NCBI GenBank assembly: GCA_035559235.1
Contig: DATMBM010000014.1
Coordinates: forward strand, 1 to 61,148
Direction of reading: 5' to 3'
Length of the DNA: 61,148 nt
From: Minisyncoccota bacterium
GTDB taxonomy: Bacteria; Patescibacteriota; Minisyncoccia; Phycocordibacterales; UBA2100
Each line of letters opens with the position of its first letter. Position 1 is the stretch's first letter. Below the pieces are notes generated by a model. The model saw only the letters and a program-made list of their open reading frames with translations, was not told the DNA's origin and searched no databases. A program made the position numbers and the translations under genes. This document shows positions 17,792-26,024 of this stretch, one piece after another.

Positions 17792-19846
17792 ATGAATCTT
17801 CTCGGTACTTTCAGATACTCGCGAAGCGATGCGCTTAAAATGGCCGTGCTGTTTATCGCGTTTGTCATCGCGGCGGCGATCGGACGCACGCTCTTTACGA
17901 TGCCGGCGGTCATCCAGCCTGCGGCGGGCGTCGCGTTTGCAGGGCTCGTGCTTGGCGGAATCGCACTCTGGCCGGCCATCGTTGCCGCCAGCATTGTGAA
18001 TAGTCTGATTGTCGGGACTCCGCCGATTGTGACGTTGACCACGGCGGCCGCGCACGCACTGCATGCCATCATTGGCGCGTTTATCCTACGTTCAGGCGGC
18101 TTCGACCCGGTTTTCCGGCGCGTTCGCGACATGTTCCTCTTCATAGCGGTTGCGCTCAGTGTTTCCACAATCCTTCCGACCCTCGGGATTCTGGGCATCA
18201 TGCTCCACAACGCTCTCTTGGATCCTGACTGGCCGATGAGGGCAACCTGGATTTCGTGGTGGGTCGGCACAATGATTGGGGATCTCATTCTCGCATCCGC
18301 TGTCATCCGCTACTTCGCAAAGCCGCATTTCACGCGGACTTCCAAAGAGATAATCGAACTCTCGGTCGCGTTTGCGGCGCTCGGCCTCTTCACCTATCTT
18401 GTCTACTGGGTCGACGTGTCGAGCACAGCTCGTGGCATATACCTACTGCTATATCTCGTTTCGTTCGTGTGGTTTTCGCTGCGTCTTGGAAACCGATTCA
18501 CCCTGATCGCATTTGCGCTTTCAAGCGTCGTCGCTGTGACGGGCACGCTGTATGGAAATGTCCCGTCTGAAGCGGCGCTGCCGCAAAGGATCATTACGCT
18601 CGAATTCTTCCTTGCAACGCTCGCCGTCATCTTCTACCTTTTCACGACGGTCGTCGAGGAGCGCAAGCGCAGCGCCCGGCAGCTGCAAATGCAATTAAAT
18701 CGCGTCAACAATTTGCTCGAAGAATCAAAACGACAAGACAACGCGAAGAGCGAATTTATCGCCGTGTTTGCGCACGAATTGCGCAATCCGCTCGCTCCAA
18801 TCGTGAGTTCCGTCGAGCTGTTGAAATTGCGCTGGGGAGCGCACCCGGAAATCGCACCGATAGTCGAGACGATCGAAGATCGCACGCGGACGATCGTGAG
18901 ACTCCTCGATGATCTACTCGATGTCTCCCGCATTTCCCGCCAGAGCTTCAAGCTAAAGGAGGAGAAATTTGACGTGCGAGAACGCATCGAAGATGCGACG
19001 CGCGCGATGCGTCCGCTCGTCCAGGAACACGGGCTCTCTCTCACCACATCGATGCCAAACCATCCCGTATATCTATTTGCCGATTCAGTTCGCGTTGAGC
19101 AGATCATTGGGAACCTTCTCATGAATGCAATCAAGTACACGCCGTCCGGCGGGCATATCATGCTTGTCGTCCGCGAAGATGGAGACGTGGCGGAAATTCG
19201 CGTGAAAGATACCGGCGTCGGAATACCGAAAAAATTGTTGCGGAAGATTTTTGAGCCGTTTTCGCATCTCGGTGCGGAACGACAACAGCATAGAAAAATC
19301 CGTACAGGACTGGGCATTGGGCTATGGCTCACTGAGAATTTGGTCAACATGCATGGCGGTACGATCACCGCACGTAGTGACGGCCCCATGCTCGGCAGCG
19401 AATTCGTCGTGCGTCTGCCTCGATTATTAGAACAAGTCCCTGGTATGGAAGATTCGGCACAACCGGACGACTCGGCCAATCCGATACGCACCGGTACCCT
19501 CAAGGTCCTCGTCGTCGATGACAACGAAGCGGCGGCAAAAGGTCTTGGCACACTCCTCGAATACAGCGGCAACACAGTCGCGCTTGCGTATGGAGGCGCT
19601 GAGGCCGTCAAGAAATCCCGCGAATTTTCTCCTGATGCGGTCGTCCTCGACATCGGGCTTCCCGACGTGAATGGATACGAAGTTGCGCAGATGCTGCGAG
19701 AAGAAGGATATCGCGGAAAAATCGTCGCGCTCACCGGATACGGCCAGGAAGAAGATAAACGGAAGGCCCGGGAAGCCGGCTTCGATGACCACCTGACGAA
19801 GCCTGTGGGCATCGCCGATTTACAAGCCGTGTTGGTACAGGCGTAA
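17792..19846 (+). CDS. hybrid sensor histidine kinase: MASE1-like membrane domain, HisKA, HATPase_c, receiver
   Basis: ~300 aa polytopic N-terminus, H-box FIAVFAHELRNPLAP, N/G boxes (LLMNAIKYTP; DTGVGIP; GLGIGL), C-terminal REC (VLVVDDNEAA...VLDIGLPDVNG...TKP). Confidence 0.9.
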   Translation: MNLLGTFRYSRSDALKMAVLFIAFVIAAAIGRTLFTMPAVIQPAAGVAFAGLVLGGIALWPAIVAASIVNSLIVGTPPIVTLTTAAAHALHAIIGAFILRSGGFDPVFRRVRDMFLFIAVALSVSTILPTLGILGIMLHNALLDPDWPMRATWISWWVGTMIGDLILASAVIRYFAKPHFTRTSKEIIELSVAFAALGLFTYLVYWVDVSSTARGIYLLLYLVSFVWFSLRLGNRFTLIAFALSSVVAVTGTLYGNVPSEAALPQRIITLEFFLATLAVIFYLFTTVVEERKRSARQLQMQLNRVNNLLEESKRQDNAKSEFIAVFAHELRNPLAPIVSSVELLKLRWGAHPEIAPIVETIEDRTRTIVRLLDDLLDVSRISRQSFKLKEEKFDVRERIEDATRAMRPLVQEHGLSLTTSMPNHPVYLFADSVRVEQIIGNLLMNAIKYTPSGGHIMLVVREDGDVAEIRVKDTGVGIPKKLLRKIFEPFSHLGAERQQHRKIRTGLGIGLWLTENLVNMHGGTITARSDGPMLGSEFVVRLPRLLEQVPGMEDSAQPDDSANPIRTGTLKVLVVDDNEAAAKGLGTLLEYSGNTVALAYGGAEAVKKSREFSPDAVVLDIGLPDVNGYEVAQMLREEGYRGKIVALTGYGQEEDKRKAREAGFDDHLTKPVGIADLQAVLVQA

Positions 19847-19847
19847 C

Positions 19848-20624
19848 CTACGCGTCCACGCGTGACGCGAGGATTGCGGCGCCAACGAGGCCGCCGTTAT
19901 CCCCCAGTTCGGCTATCTGCACTGGTACCGCGGTGAAAAGCTCGCGCACGCGATCAAGCGGAATCGGATTGACGCCGATGATCATCGATCCGCCGATGAC
20001 GAAAACGTCCGGATGCCACTTTGCATATATCTTCTTTAGACCTTCGGCGAGCACATCAGCGAGCTTGGTTCGTTCTTCAAGCGAGTCCAGCTCTTTTGGA
20101 TGGATGCCGAATTTTTTGGTGACTGCCGTACCGGATATGGTGCTTTCAAGGTCGGAATCGCCTACCGGAGTCCAGCCGACGCCGCCAGCTTGATCAATGA
20201 CACCGTCGACGATGCGCGCCCCTCCGACGCCGGTTGAGACCGTGAGGTACGCAACGATGCGATATCCCTTGCCCGCACCGCTTAGCGCTTCCCCGAGACC
20301 GACCGCTCCGGCGTCGTTAACAACCGTCGTCGGAACGCCAAGCGCACTGGAGATCTCCTTTTCGATGTTTATTCCCTCCCAATGTTGCCTGTTCCGCGCG
20401 TCGGAAATCACGCCTGCGGTTACGGTGCCGGGCACGCAGCCTGCCGCAGCGGCGATAAGCGCGCCACCTGACAGTTCCTGTGCAATACCCGAAAGTGTCG
20501 TAACGACATCCACGATGTCATGTGGCGTCGGGACTTTTTTTATTGCACCCAACTCTTCCTGTGTCGCCCACGCGATCCGCATGTTTGTCCCGCCGATGTC
20601 GAAAACGATATACGTGTCAGCCAT
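19848..20624 (-). CDS. ROK-family sugar kinase (glucokinase-like)
   Basis: IVFDIGGTNMRIA, VVNDAGAVGLGE, TVSTGVGGA motifs. Last gene of the sugar operon. Confidence 0.8.
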   Translation of the reverse strand: MADTYIVFDIGGTNMRIAWATQEELGAIKKVPTPHDIVDVVTTLSGIAQELSGGALIAAAAGCVPGTVTAGVISDARNRQHWEGINIEKEISSALGVPTTVVNDAGAVGLGEALSGAGKGYRIVAYLTVSTGVGGARIVDGVIDQAGGVGWTPVGDSDLESTISGTAVTKKFGIHPKELDSLEERTKLADVLAEGLKKIYAKWHPDVFVIGGSMIIGVNPIPLDRVRELFTAVPVQIAELGDNGGLVGAAILASRVDA

Positions 20625-20626
20625 AA

Positions 20627-20977
20627 TTATTCGACGACTCGCAGGCCGTGTTCTCCGAATGCTCCGTACACTTCACTGCGAAATTGCCGAAGAAACGCTT
20701 TTCTGTCTTCATAAGCGGCATCCATAGCCTGGGAGTTACCGTGGAAGGGATGTCCGATACTGCCAGATGATTTCCAGACTTCTTCGTGATACTTGTCTGA
20801 AGCATCAATAAGCGCATCAATGTATTCCTTTGCTCTCGGATCCTTCTCGTGCGCCATTGATCGGATTCGCCGGACAAGCGCTTCAAATCGTGCAACATTA
20901 CGAACGGCCTGTTGCGCTTCCCGCTCAATGTCGGTCTGCGTTCCCCGTTCAGCACGGCGAAATATTCCGAACACCAT
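20627..20977 (-). CDS. small helical hypothetical protein
   Basis: Start set at MVFGIFRR, 5 nt after the stop of the upstream hydrolase. 117 aa, charged and helical. No recognised domain. Confidence 0.45.
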   Translation of the reverse strand: MVFGIFRRAERGTQTDIEREAQQAVRNVARFEALVRRIRSMAHEKDPRAKEYIDALIDASDKYHEEVWKSSGSIGHPFHGNSQAMDAAYEDRKAFLRQFRSEVYGAFGEHGLRVVE

Positions 20978-20981
20978 TGTA

Positions 20982-22001
20982 CTATTGTGCCACAAAAAGC
21001 GGGCGGACCAATTCCCAGTATTCGGTCTGCCCGCGTTCGCGCATGTAGTACCACCATTCGATTCCCCATAAGTACTGGCGGTCGAATGTTGAGGCACGCG
21101 CATAGGCAATGATTTCTTCAACATGAGCGATCGACATGCGCGCGATCTGTTCCTGCAGTGGCACGTCGTTGATATGTGCTGCCAGCCATGGTTCGAGCGA
21201 GAGTTCGGTGAGGATGACGGGCTTGACCCCAAATGCCATCTCCATCAGGTTTGCCTTTATGCGATAGTACGCGGGCGGCAGGATCGTGCGGAATGCGCCG
21301 ATATCCGGCCGCCAGAAGTAGAGATACATGCTGGTGCCAAAGGCGTCGCCGAAGCGGTACGCGCCCATCCACAATCCGAAATTGCCGCCGTCGGTAAGAA
21401 GTACAGGACGCGAATCGAGCGCACGAACCAAGGCGATTTGTTCGCGCAAAAACACCTCATCCAGTTTGCCGCACGCTTCCCTGCCGAAAACCTTTAAAAA
21501 CGGCTCATTCTCCACTTGCCAGTAAACGATCGCAGGCTCGTTCCGGTACCGCTCAATCACGTCCGTCATGTATTCCAAAATTTCGTCCTTTTGCGCCTCC
21601 CACTCCATTTCCTGCGCCCAGGCAGGCGCGTGGCACTCGGGCCAGCGCGGCAAGCGGCGACCGACTGCAAGGATGATGTCTGCGTCACGCGCCGCCGCTT
21701 CGCGGATTTGGTAGTCGAGGTCGGACCAATCGTAGCGGTCGCGCTGCGGTTCGATCGTATTCCAGTATGCGGAGAGCCGCACGTGCCGCACGCCGAGATC
21801 GTCGAGCATTGCTCGATACGCTGCCTTCCAATCGATGCCGATTTCCTCCGCGTACGGCACGCTGAACGAAACGCCGTATGTGATTGTTCGCGCCTCTTCG
21901 CGCTCCTGCAAAATCCACACCAGCGCTGCGGCCGCTCCGACAATCCAGAGGCCGACCGCTAGGTGACCAAGAACTCCGAGGCGGCGACTGGTGAGGTTCA
22001 T
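20982..22001 (-). CDS. membrane-anchored TIM-barrel glycoside hydrolase (clan GH-A; GH5/GH42-like)
   Basis: N-terminal TM. VRLSAYWNTIEPQRDRYDWSDLD and WQVENEP (acid/base NEP motif). Confidence 0.65.
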   Translation of the reverse strand: MNLTSRRLGVLGHLAVGLWIVGAAAALVWILQEREEARTITYGVSFSVPYAEEIGIDWKAAYRAMLDDLGVRHVRLSAYWNTIEPQRDRYDWSDLDYQIREAAARDADIILAVGRRLPRWPECHAPAWAQEMEWEAQKDEILEYMTDVIERYRNEPAIVYWQVENEPFLKVFGREACGKLDEVFLREQIALVRALDSRPVLLTDGGNFGLWMGAYRFGDAFGTSMYLYFWRPDIGAFRTILPPAYYRIKANLMEMAFGVKPVILTELSLEPWLAAHINDVPLQEQIARMSIAHVEEIIAYARASTFDRQYLWGIEWWYYMRERGQTEYWELVRPLFVAQ

Positions 22002-22903
22002 GCGAGATAGAGTGTCGCGAGTCCCGCGACGATAAGGGTGACACCAAAGGCTGTGTGCCAGCCGCCATTATCACCTGTCCTTTCTTCGCTAAAGAACGGT
22101 ATGTGACGCGCAAATAATATCGCAAACAAGAAGAGGAAAACGAATTGCAACCCCGCAAGCGCGTTGACGACCGCGACGGATCCGAGACTGATCGCGAATG
22201 CGGTCAGAATGCTGGCGCTGGAGCCAAGCATCTTGTTGCCGACAACGAGCATTTTCGCGCCCCGCGAAGAACTTTTACCGCCTGAAAATATCGTGCGCCG
22301 CAGCGCGGGAGACAGGAGAAGCGAAAGTGCCGCAAGTGCCGTGAACATGCGGGTCCAGAAAAATCCGTCGATAAACGTCGTTTGCAAGAAAACCAGTTTC
22401 GAGAAGAAGACCGCGAGTCCGAAGCAGATCCCGGCCGCGATCGTGAAAAATACCGCACAGCGCGAAAAATGAAAATGCGAGATAATTGCCGTCCCTCCGG
22501 CGAGCAACAAGACGGGAAACACAAACGCATGCGTCACATCGCCGTCGATCCAGGCGGCGGCGAGAGCGAGCGTCGCGATTGCGGAGACGCCACCGACAAC
22601 AGGTGCCACGTCTGACGCGCGTGCGATCTTGAGCGCGCTGTACAGAAAATAGATGGCGCCAAGAAACGCCGTTGCGTAAAGCACTGAAAGAATCGTGGTG
22701 TATAGATGTGGGAGCGCCACCCCGAACGGTATAAACACGAGCACGAAACCGGATAGGAGCGCCACATAAAAGGCATACACAATCGGTTTTCCGATGTGTG
22801 CGGCACGCGCGACGATATGCTTATCGATGAGGACGGAAATCGCAAACAAAAATTGCGCGAACACTGCGAGCAATAGCCAGGTTTCCATGGTGGGTGGCGC
22901 CAC
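21998..22903 (-). CDS. EamA/DMT-superfamily transporter
   Basis: 301 aa, about 10 TM, two-repeat organisation. Overlaps the downstream gene by 4 nt. Confidence 0.75.
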   Translation of the reverse strand: MAPPTMETWLLLAVFAQFLFAISVLIDKHIVARAAHIGKPIVYAFYVALLSGFVLVFIPFGVALPHLYTTILSVLYATAFLGAIYFLYSALKIARASDVAPVVGGVSAIATLALAAAWIDGDVTHAFVFPVLLLAGGTAIISHFHFSRCAVFFTIAAGICFGLAVFFSKLVFLQTTFIDGFFWTRMFTALAALSLLLSPALRRTIFSGGKSSSRGAKMLVVGNKMLGSSASILTAFAISLGSVAVVNALAGLQFVFLFLFAILFARHIPFFSEERTGDNGGWHTAFGVTLIVAGLATLYLA

Positions 22904-22914
22904 GAGCCGCCCCT

Positions 22915-24141
22915 TTATTCTAGCAAGCCGTTGCGCTCTATTATTTCCTTGTACACATAGGCGCTTGGCCGGATTTTCCGCTCGAGCGTGTCGTAATCGA
23001 TCTCGACAAGGCCGAAGCGCTTGTCAAACCCATGTGCCCACTCATAGTTGTCGAGCAGCGACCAGTACATGTAGCCGCGCACGTCCGCGCCCTCTTGCAT
23101 CGCGACCCACATACATCGGATAAGCCGCGTGATGTACGCAGCGCGCATATCGTCGTCGTGATCAGCGACGCCCGCCTCGGCAACCCACATCGGCTTCCCG
23201 TAGCGCTTTACCATCAGCAATGCGCCGCAGAGGCCTTCGGGATAGACGTCCCAGTTCATGTCCGTTTTCGCGTACGTCGCGGTGTCGCCGAACTTTTTAT
23301 GCAAATAATAATTGATGCCGATCGAATCGCACTTGCGATACACCGCCTTTAAGAAAGAATGCGTCCAAAACCAGTTCATAAACCGCGCCAAAAACAGGTT
23401 GAAAGGATTTCCGTTCGCATGAAAGAAAATGACCTGGTGCACGATGCCAACTTCCGCCCCGAACGCATTTTTCTTGATCTCGTCGTATGCAAGATTGTGC
23501 GCTCTGGCCAAATTTCTCCGGACACGGAAATACAAGAGGATGTTTTTGAGACGCGAATCCTTGCGTATGTCTCGGTGGCCCGGGATGTGCGAAAGGGACC
23601 AGCCGAGGCCAGGCACCTCCTTAAACGGTGGCCAGGAGCCACGGATCCAGCCGTTGGTTACAAACGGCAGAGGCTCGTTGATGGTCGCGAAATGCCTGCA
23701 GTCGTTACCAAGTTTTTTGGCAACGTACCCGCAATACCGCGCAAAAATTTCAGGCGAATCAGAATGTTCGAAGCCGCCCTTGTCCGCAAACCACTGCGGC
23801 AACGTAAAATGCCATATAGTTATGAAGGGCTTGATGCGGCGTGCGCGCAACGCCGCAAGTACTTGCAGATAGTGTTCGATCGCGCTTTCGTCGAACTTCC
23901 CCTCTTCAGGTTCAATGCGCGCCCATTCGACAGAAATCCGATGGCAGTTGTGCCCCAACTCCTTTGCAATGTCAAAATCCGATTCGTAACGATTATAGAA
24001 ATCGCACGCGCGGCCTGCGGGCGGCACTCTCCCATCGCGCGCTGCCTGCGCCCAATCGCAGTTCTCAATGCCACCTTCGACTTGGTACGAGGCGGTCGCG
24101 GCCCCCCAATAAAATCCTTCTGGGAATTTCTTTTCTGCCAT
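22915..24141 (-). CDS. GH1 beta-glucosidase
   Basis: FPEGFYWGAATASYQVEGG, TINEP (acid/base), YxxH...WSLLDNYEW. Putative nucleophile in VAEAG. Confidence 0.9.
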   Translation of the reverse strand: MAEKKFPEGFYWGAATASYQVEGGIENCDWAQAARDGRVPPAGRACDFYNRYESDFDIAKELGHNCHRISVEWARIEPEEGKFDESAIEHYLQVLAALRARRIKPFITIWHFTLPQWFADKGGFEHSDSPEIFARYCGYVAKKLGNDCRHFATINEPLPFVTNGWIRGSWPPFKEVPGLGWSLSHIPGHRDIRKDSRLKNILLYFRVRRNLARAHNLAYDEIKKNAFGAEVGIVHQVIFFHANGNPFNLFLARFMNWFWTHSFLKAVYRKCDSIGINYYLHKKFGDTATYAKTDMNWDVYPEGLCGALLMVKRYGKPMWVAEAGVADHDDDMRAAYITRLIRCMWVAMQEGADVRGYMYWSLLDNYEWAHGFDKRFGLVEIDYDTLERKIRPSAYVYKEIIERNGLLE

Positions 24142-24143
24142 GA

Positions 24144-24731
24144 TCAGGCCTCGACTACCGGTAACCCCCCGAGATCTTCCTTTTGGATTTCCTTGTAGAG
24201 CGGGTTGCGGACGAGCGCCGGAGCACCGTCGCGCTCAACGACATAGTACGCAAAGCCCCGCATTTTTTTGACCATCTCGTAATCCGCATGTCCGGGCATG
24301 GAGACTGGGTCCCGGTCACCAAAATCGACAGGAGAATCATCGAGCGTCACCATGTACGTTTTCCCGGTATTTAAAATAAGATGGCCGTAACCGGGCGGCA
24401 TGTGCTCGCTGTCGCCGCGCCGGACCTTCCGCGCGATAAATTCCGCGACACGATCGGGCTGTGGAGCCCCATTTTCTTCCACAAGTTTTTGCTTCAAAAC
24501 CATACCCTCCCCGAATGCAAACCAATACGTCTCCTGCAGGTCGCCGATGTGATAGTGCCCGTATGTCTTGATGTATTCCCCGCCGACGGTGCCGACTTCC
24601 ATCACGGTCACGTTGCGCATGTCGGTGCCGCCGCGGATCATGTAATAGTGGTCTATCGGCCCCGGGGCGTCCGGATACAAAAGGACGTCTCGCATCTTCT
24701 CATGCGGCCGCGTTGCAAGACGATTTGCCAT
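24144..24731 (-). CDS. cupin-type glucose-6-phosphate isomerase (archaeal cPGI-like)
   Basis: TYGHYH...ETYW, MPPGYGHLILNTG, PGHADY resemble Pyrococcus-type cPGI motifs (TKGHFH...EVY; PPYWAHRTVN). Start set at MANRL, downstream of the terminator and 7 nt after TGCCATAAT. Confidence 0.7.
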   Translation of the reverse strand: MANRLATRPHEKMRDVLLYPDAPGPIDHYYMIRGGTDMRNVTVMEVGTVGGEYIKTYGHYHIGDLQETYWFAFGEGMVLKQKLVEENGAPQPDRVAEFIARKVRRGDSEHMPPGYGHLILNTGKTYMVTLDDSPVDFGDRDPVSMPGHADYEMVKKMRGFAYYVVERDGAPALVRNPLYKEIQKEDLGGLPVVEA

Positions 24732-24745
24732 AGCTGCCATTATGG

Positions 24746-24778
24746 CACAAAAACGGGCGCGATGCGCCCGTTTTTGTG
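24746..24778. terminator. bidirectional intrinsic terminator between the surface-protein gene and the sugar operon
   Basis: Perfect 15-bp stem CACAAAAACGGGCGC-GAT-GCGCCCGTTTTTGTG. Confidence 0.7.
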
Positions 24779-24796
24779 CAGTAGCGTGAACCACGA

Positions 24797-25861
24797 TTAG
24801 ATCACTTTCCTGCGCATCAAGATCGCGAATGCTCCAAATACGAGCACTGCGGATAGCGCAAGAACCGCTACACTGAGTGCGTTTCCGGAGCCGGTGTTCG
24901 GAACGCCAGGAACGGTCGGTGCGGTTACGTTCGAGATCGTTACGGTGCCGGAGGTCGGGCCGGTGCCGCCGCCGACAGCTTGTCCGACAATCGGCGTAAC
25001 CGAAACGCCCGAGCCTGAGACGGTTGCGGGAATGGAACTGGGTGTAAGCGAGAGTCCGATCGTGCCGCCAAGCGGCGCGTTTGCCGCAATGTCACACGTG
25101 ACCGCAAGCGTGACCGTTGAGCTTGAGCCGATCGTAAGCGGAGACGCCAGGCTGAACGTGTTTGTCCCGCTTGCAATTGTTGGAACGGATGTGTTCAAGG
25201 AATTTGCAAGACTGGTCACGTTGCGCACGCGGCAGTCCGAGAGATGCGACGCGGCAACACCGTTGGCAAAGGTCATGCTGACGGGTAGCGATGAAATCTG
25301 TACGGCATTGTTGGTGCCTGCTTGCATGATCACGAGTGCGAGCAACGCATCTGGTGTTCCCGGCGCGATGCGCGGCGTCGCATTTAACGTGACCCCGAGC
25401 GACGTTCCTGACGGCGCCGTTGGAGCCGCCGTCGACGAGAACTGGAATGTCGCGCCAGACGGGATACCTGAAGCAACGTCGCAGCGAAGCGTGAGTGCAG
25501 TCGTCGAATTCGCGCCTGTCGTCACCGCTGAAGTCAGCGTAAAGGTGTTGCTGCCGCTTATCGGCGCGACTGCATTTGTCAGCGCAGTCCCGCTTGCGTT
25601 GTGTAATCGACAGTTTGACAGGCTTGATGCCGCCGCATTTCCACCCAAGGTAAGTGTCAGCGGGACCTGCGACGTCGTGACGGACGTGCTGGTAGTGTTC
25701 TCGATCTCAACATTTGCCAAGGTCATTGCAGTCCCCGCGCTCGGCGTCGACGTCGTGGTGGTCACTGAGACGTTCGTACCGGTCGTCTGTGCAGCCACGA
25801 TTCCCGCGGTTCCGAGCGTGATCGCTACGAGTGTTCCCATAGCCTTTTGAGTCATGGTCAT
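24797..25861 (-). CDS. secreted Thr/Ser/Ala-rich surface protein with two tandem Cys-pair domains and a VPNTG-type C-terminal sorting signal
   Basis: Signal peptide. Internal duplication (…SNCRLHNASG…LTLRCDVASG… / …SDCRVRNVTS…LAVTCDIAAN…). C-terminus is VPNTGSG, a hydrophobic helix, then RRKVI. Confidence 0.7.
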   Translation of the reverse strand: MTMTQKAMGTLVAITLGTAGIVAAQTTGTNVSVTTTTSTPSAGTAMTLANVEIENTTSTSVTTSQVPLTLTLGGNAAASSLSNCRLHNASGTALTNAVAPISGSNTFTLTSAVTTGANSTTALTLRCDVASGIPSGATFQFSSTAAPTAPSGTSLGVTLNATPRIAPGTPDALLALVIMQAGTNNAVQISSLPVSMTFANGVAASHLSDCRVRNVTSLANSLNTSVPTIASGTNTFSLASPLTIGSSSTVTLAVTCDIAANAPLGGTIGLSLTPSSIPATVSGSGVSVTPIVGQAVGGGTGPTSGTVTISNVTAPTVPGVPNTGSGNALSVAVLALSAVLVFGAFAILMRRKVI

Positions 25862-26024
25862 ACGATTATTTTTGAATATGGCTAAACCCGCGCTGAGCGC
25901 GATTACTCCCATTCTCTACGGTGGCGATTAAAGGGGGATGAAGCTATGCGCATGGTGGCACTTACCGCAAATACATTTGGTATACTTACAGTGCGGCCGT
26001 CTAGGGAAGCGGATCAGTGTCGCA

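Noticed and set aside
24894-25850. 318-aa ORF antisense to the surface-protein gene
   Set aside because: It mirrors the low-complexity Thr/Ser/Ala gene (giving Val/Pro/Ala-rich text). The minus-strand product has a signal peptide, internal repeats and a sorting signal, so it is the real gene.
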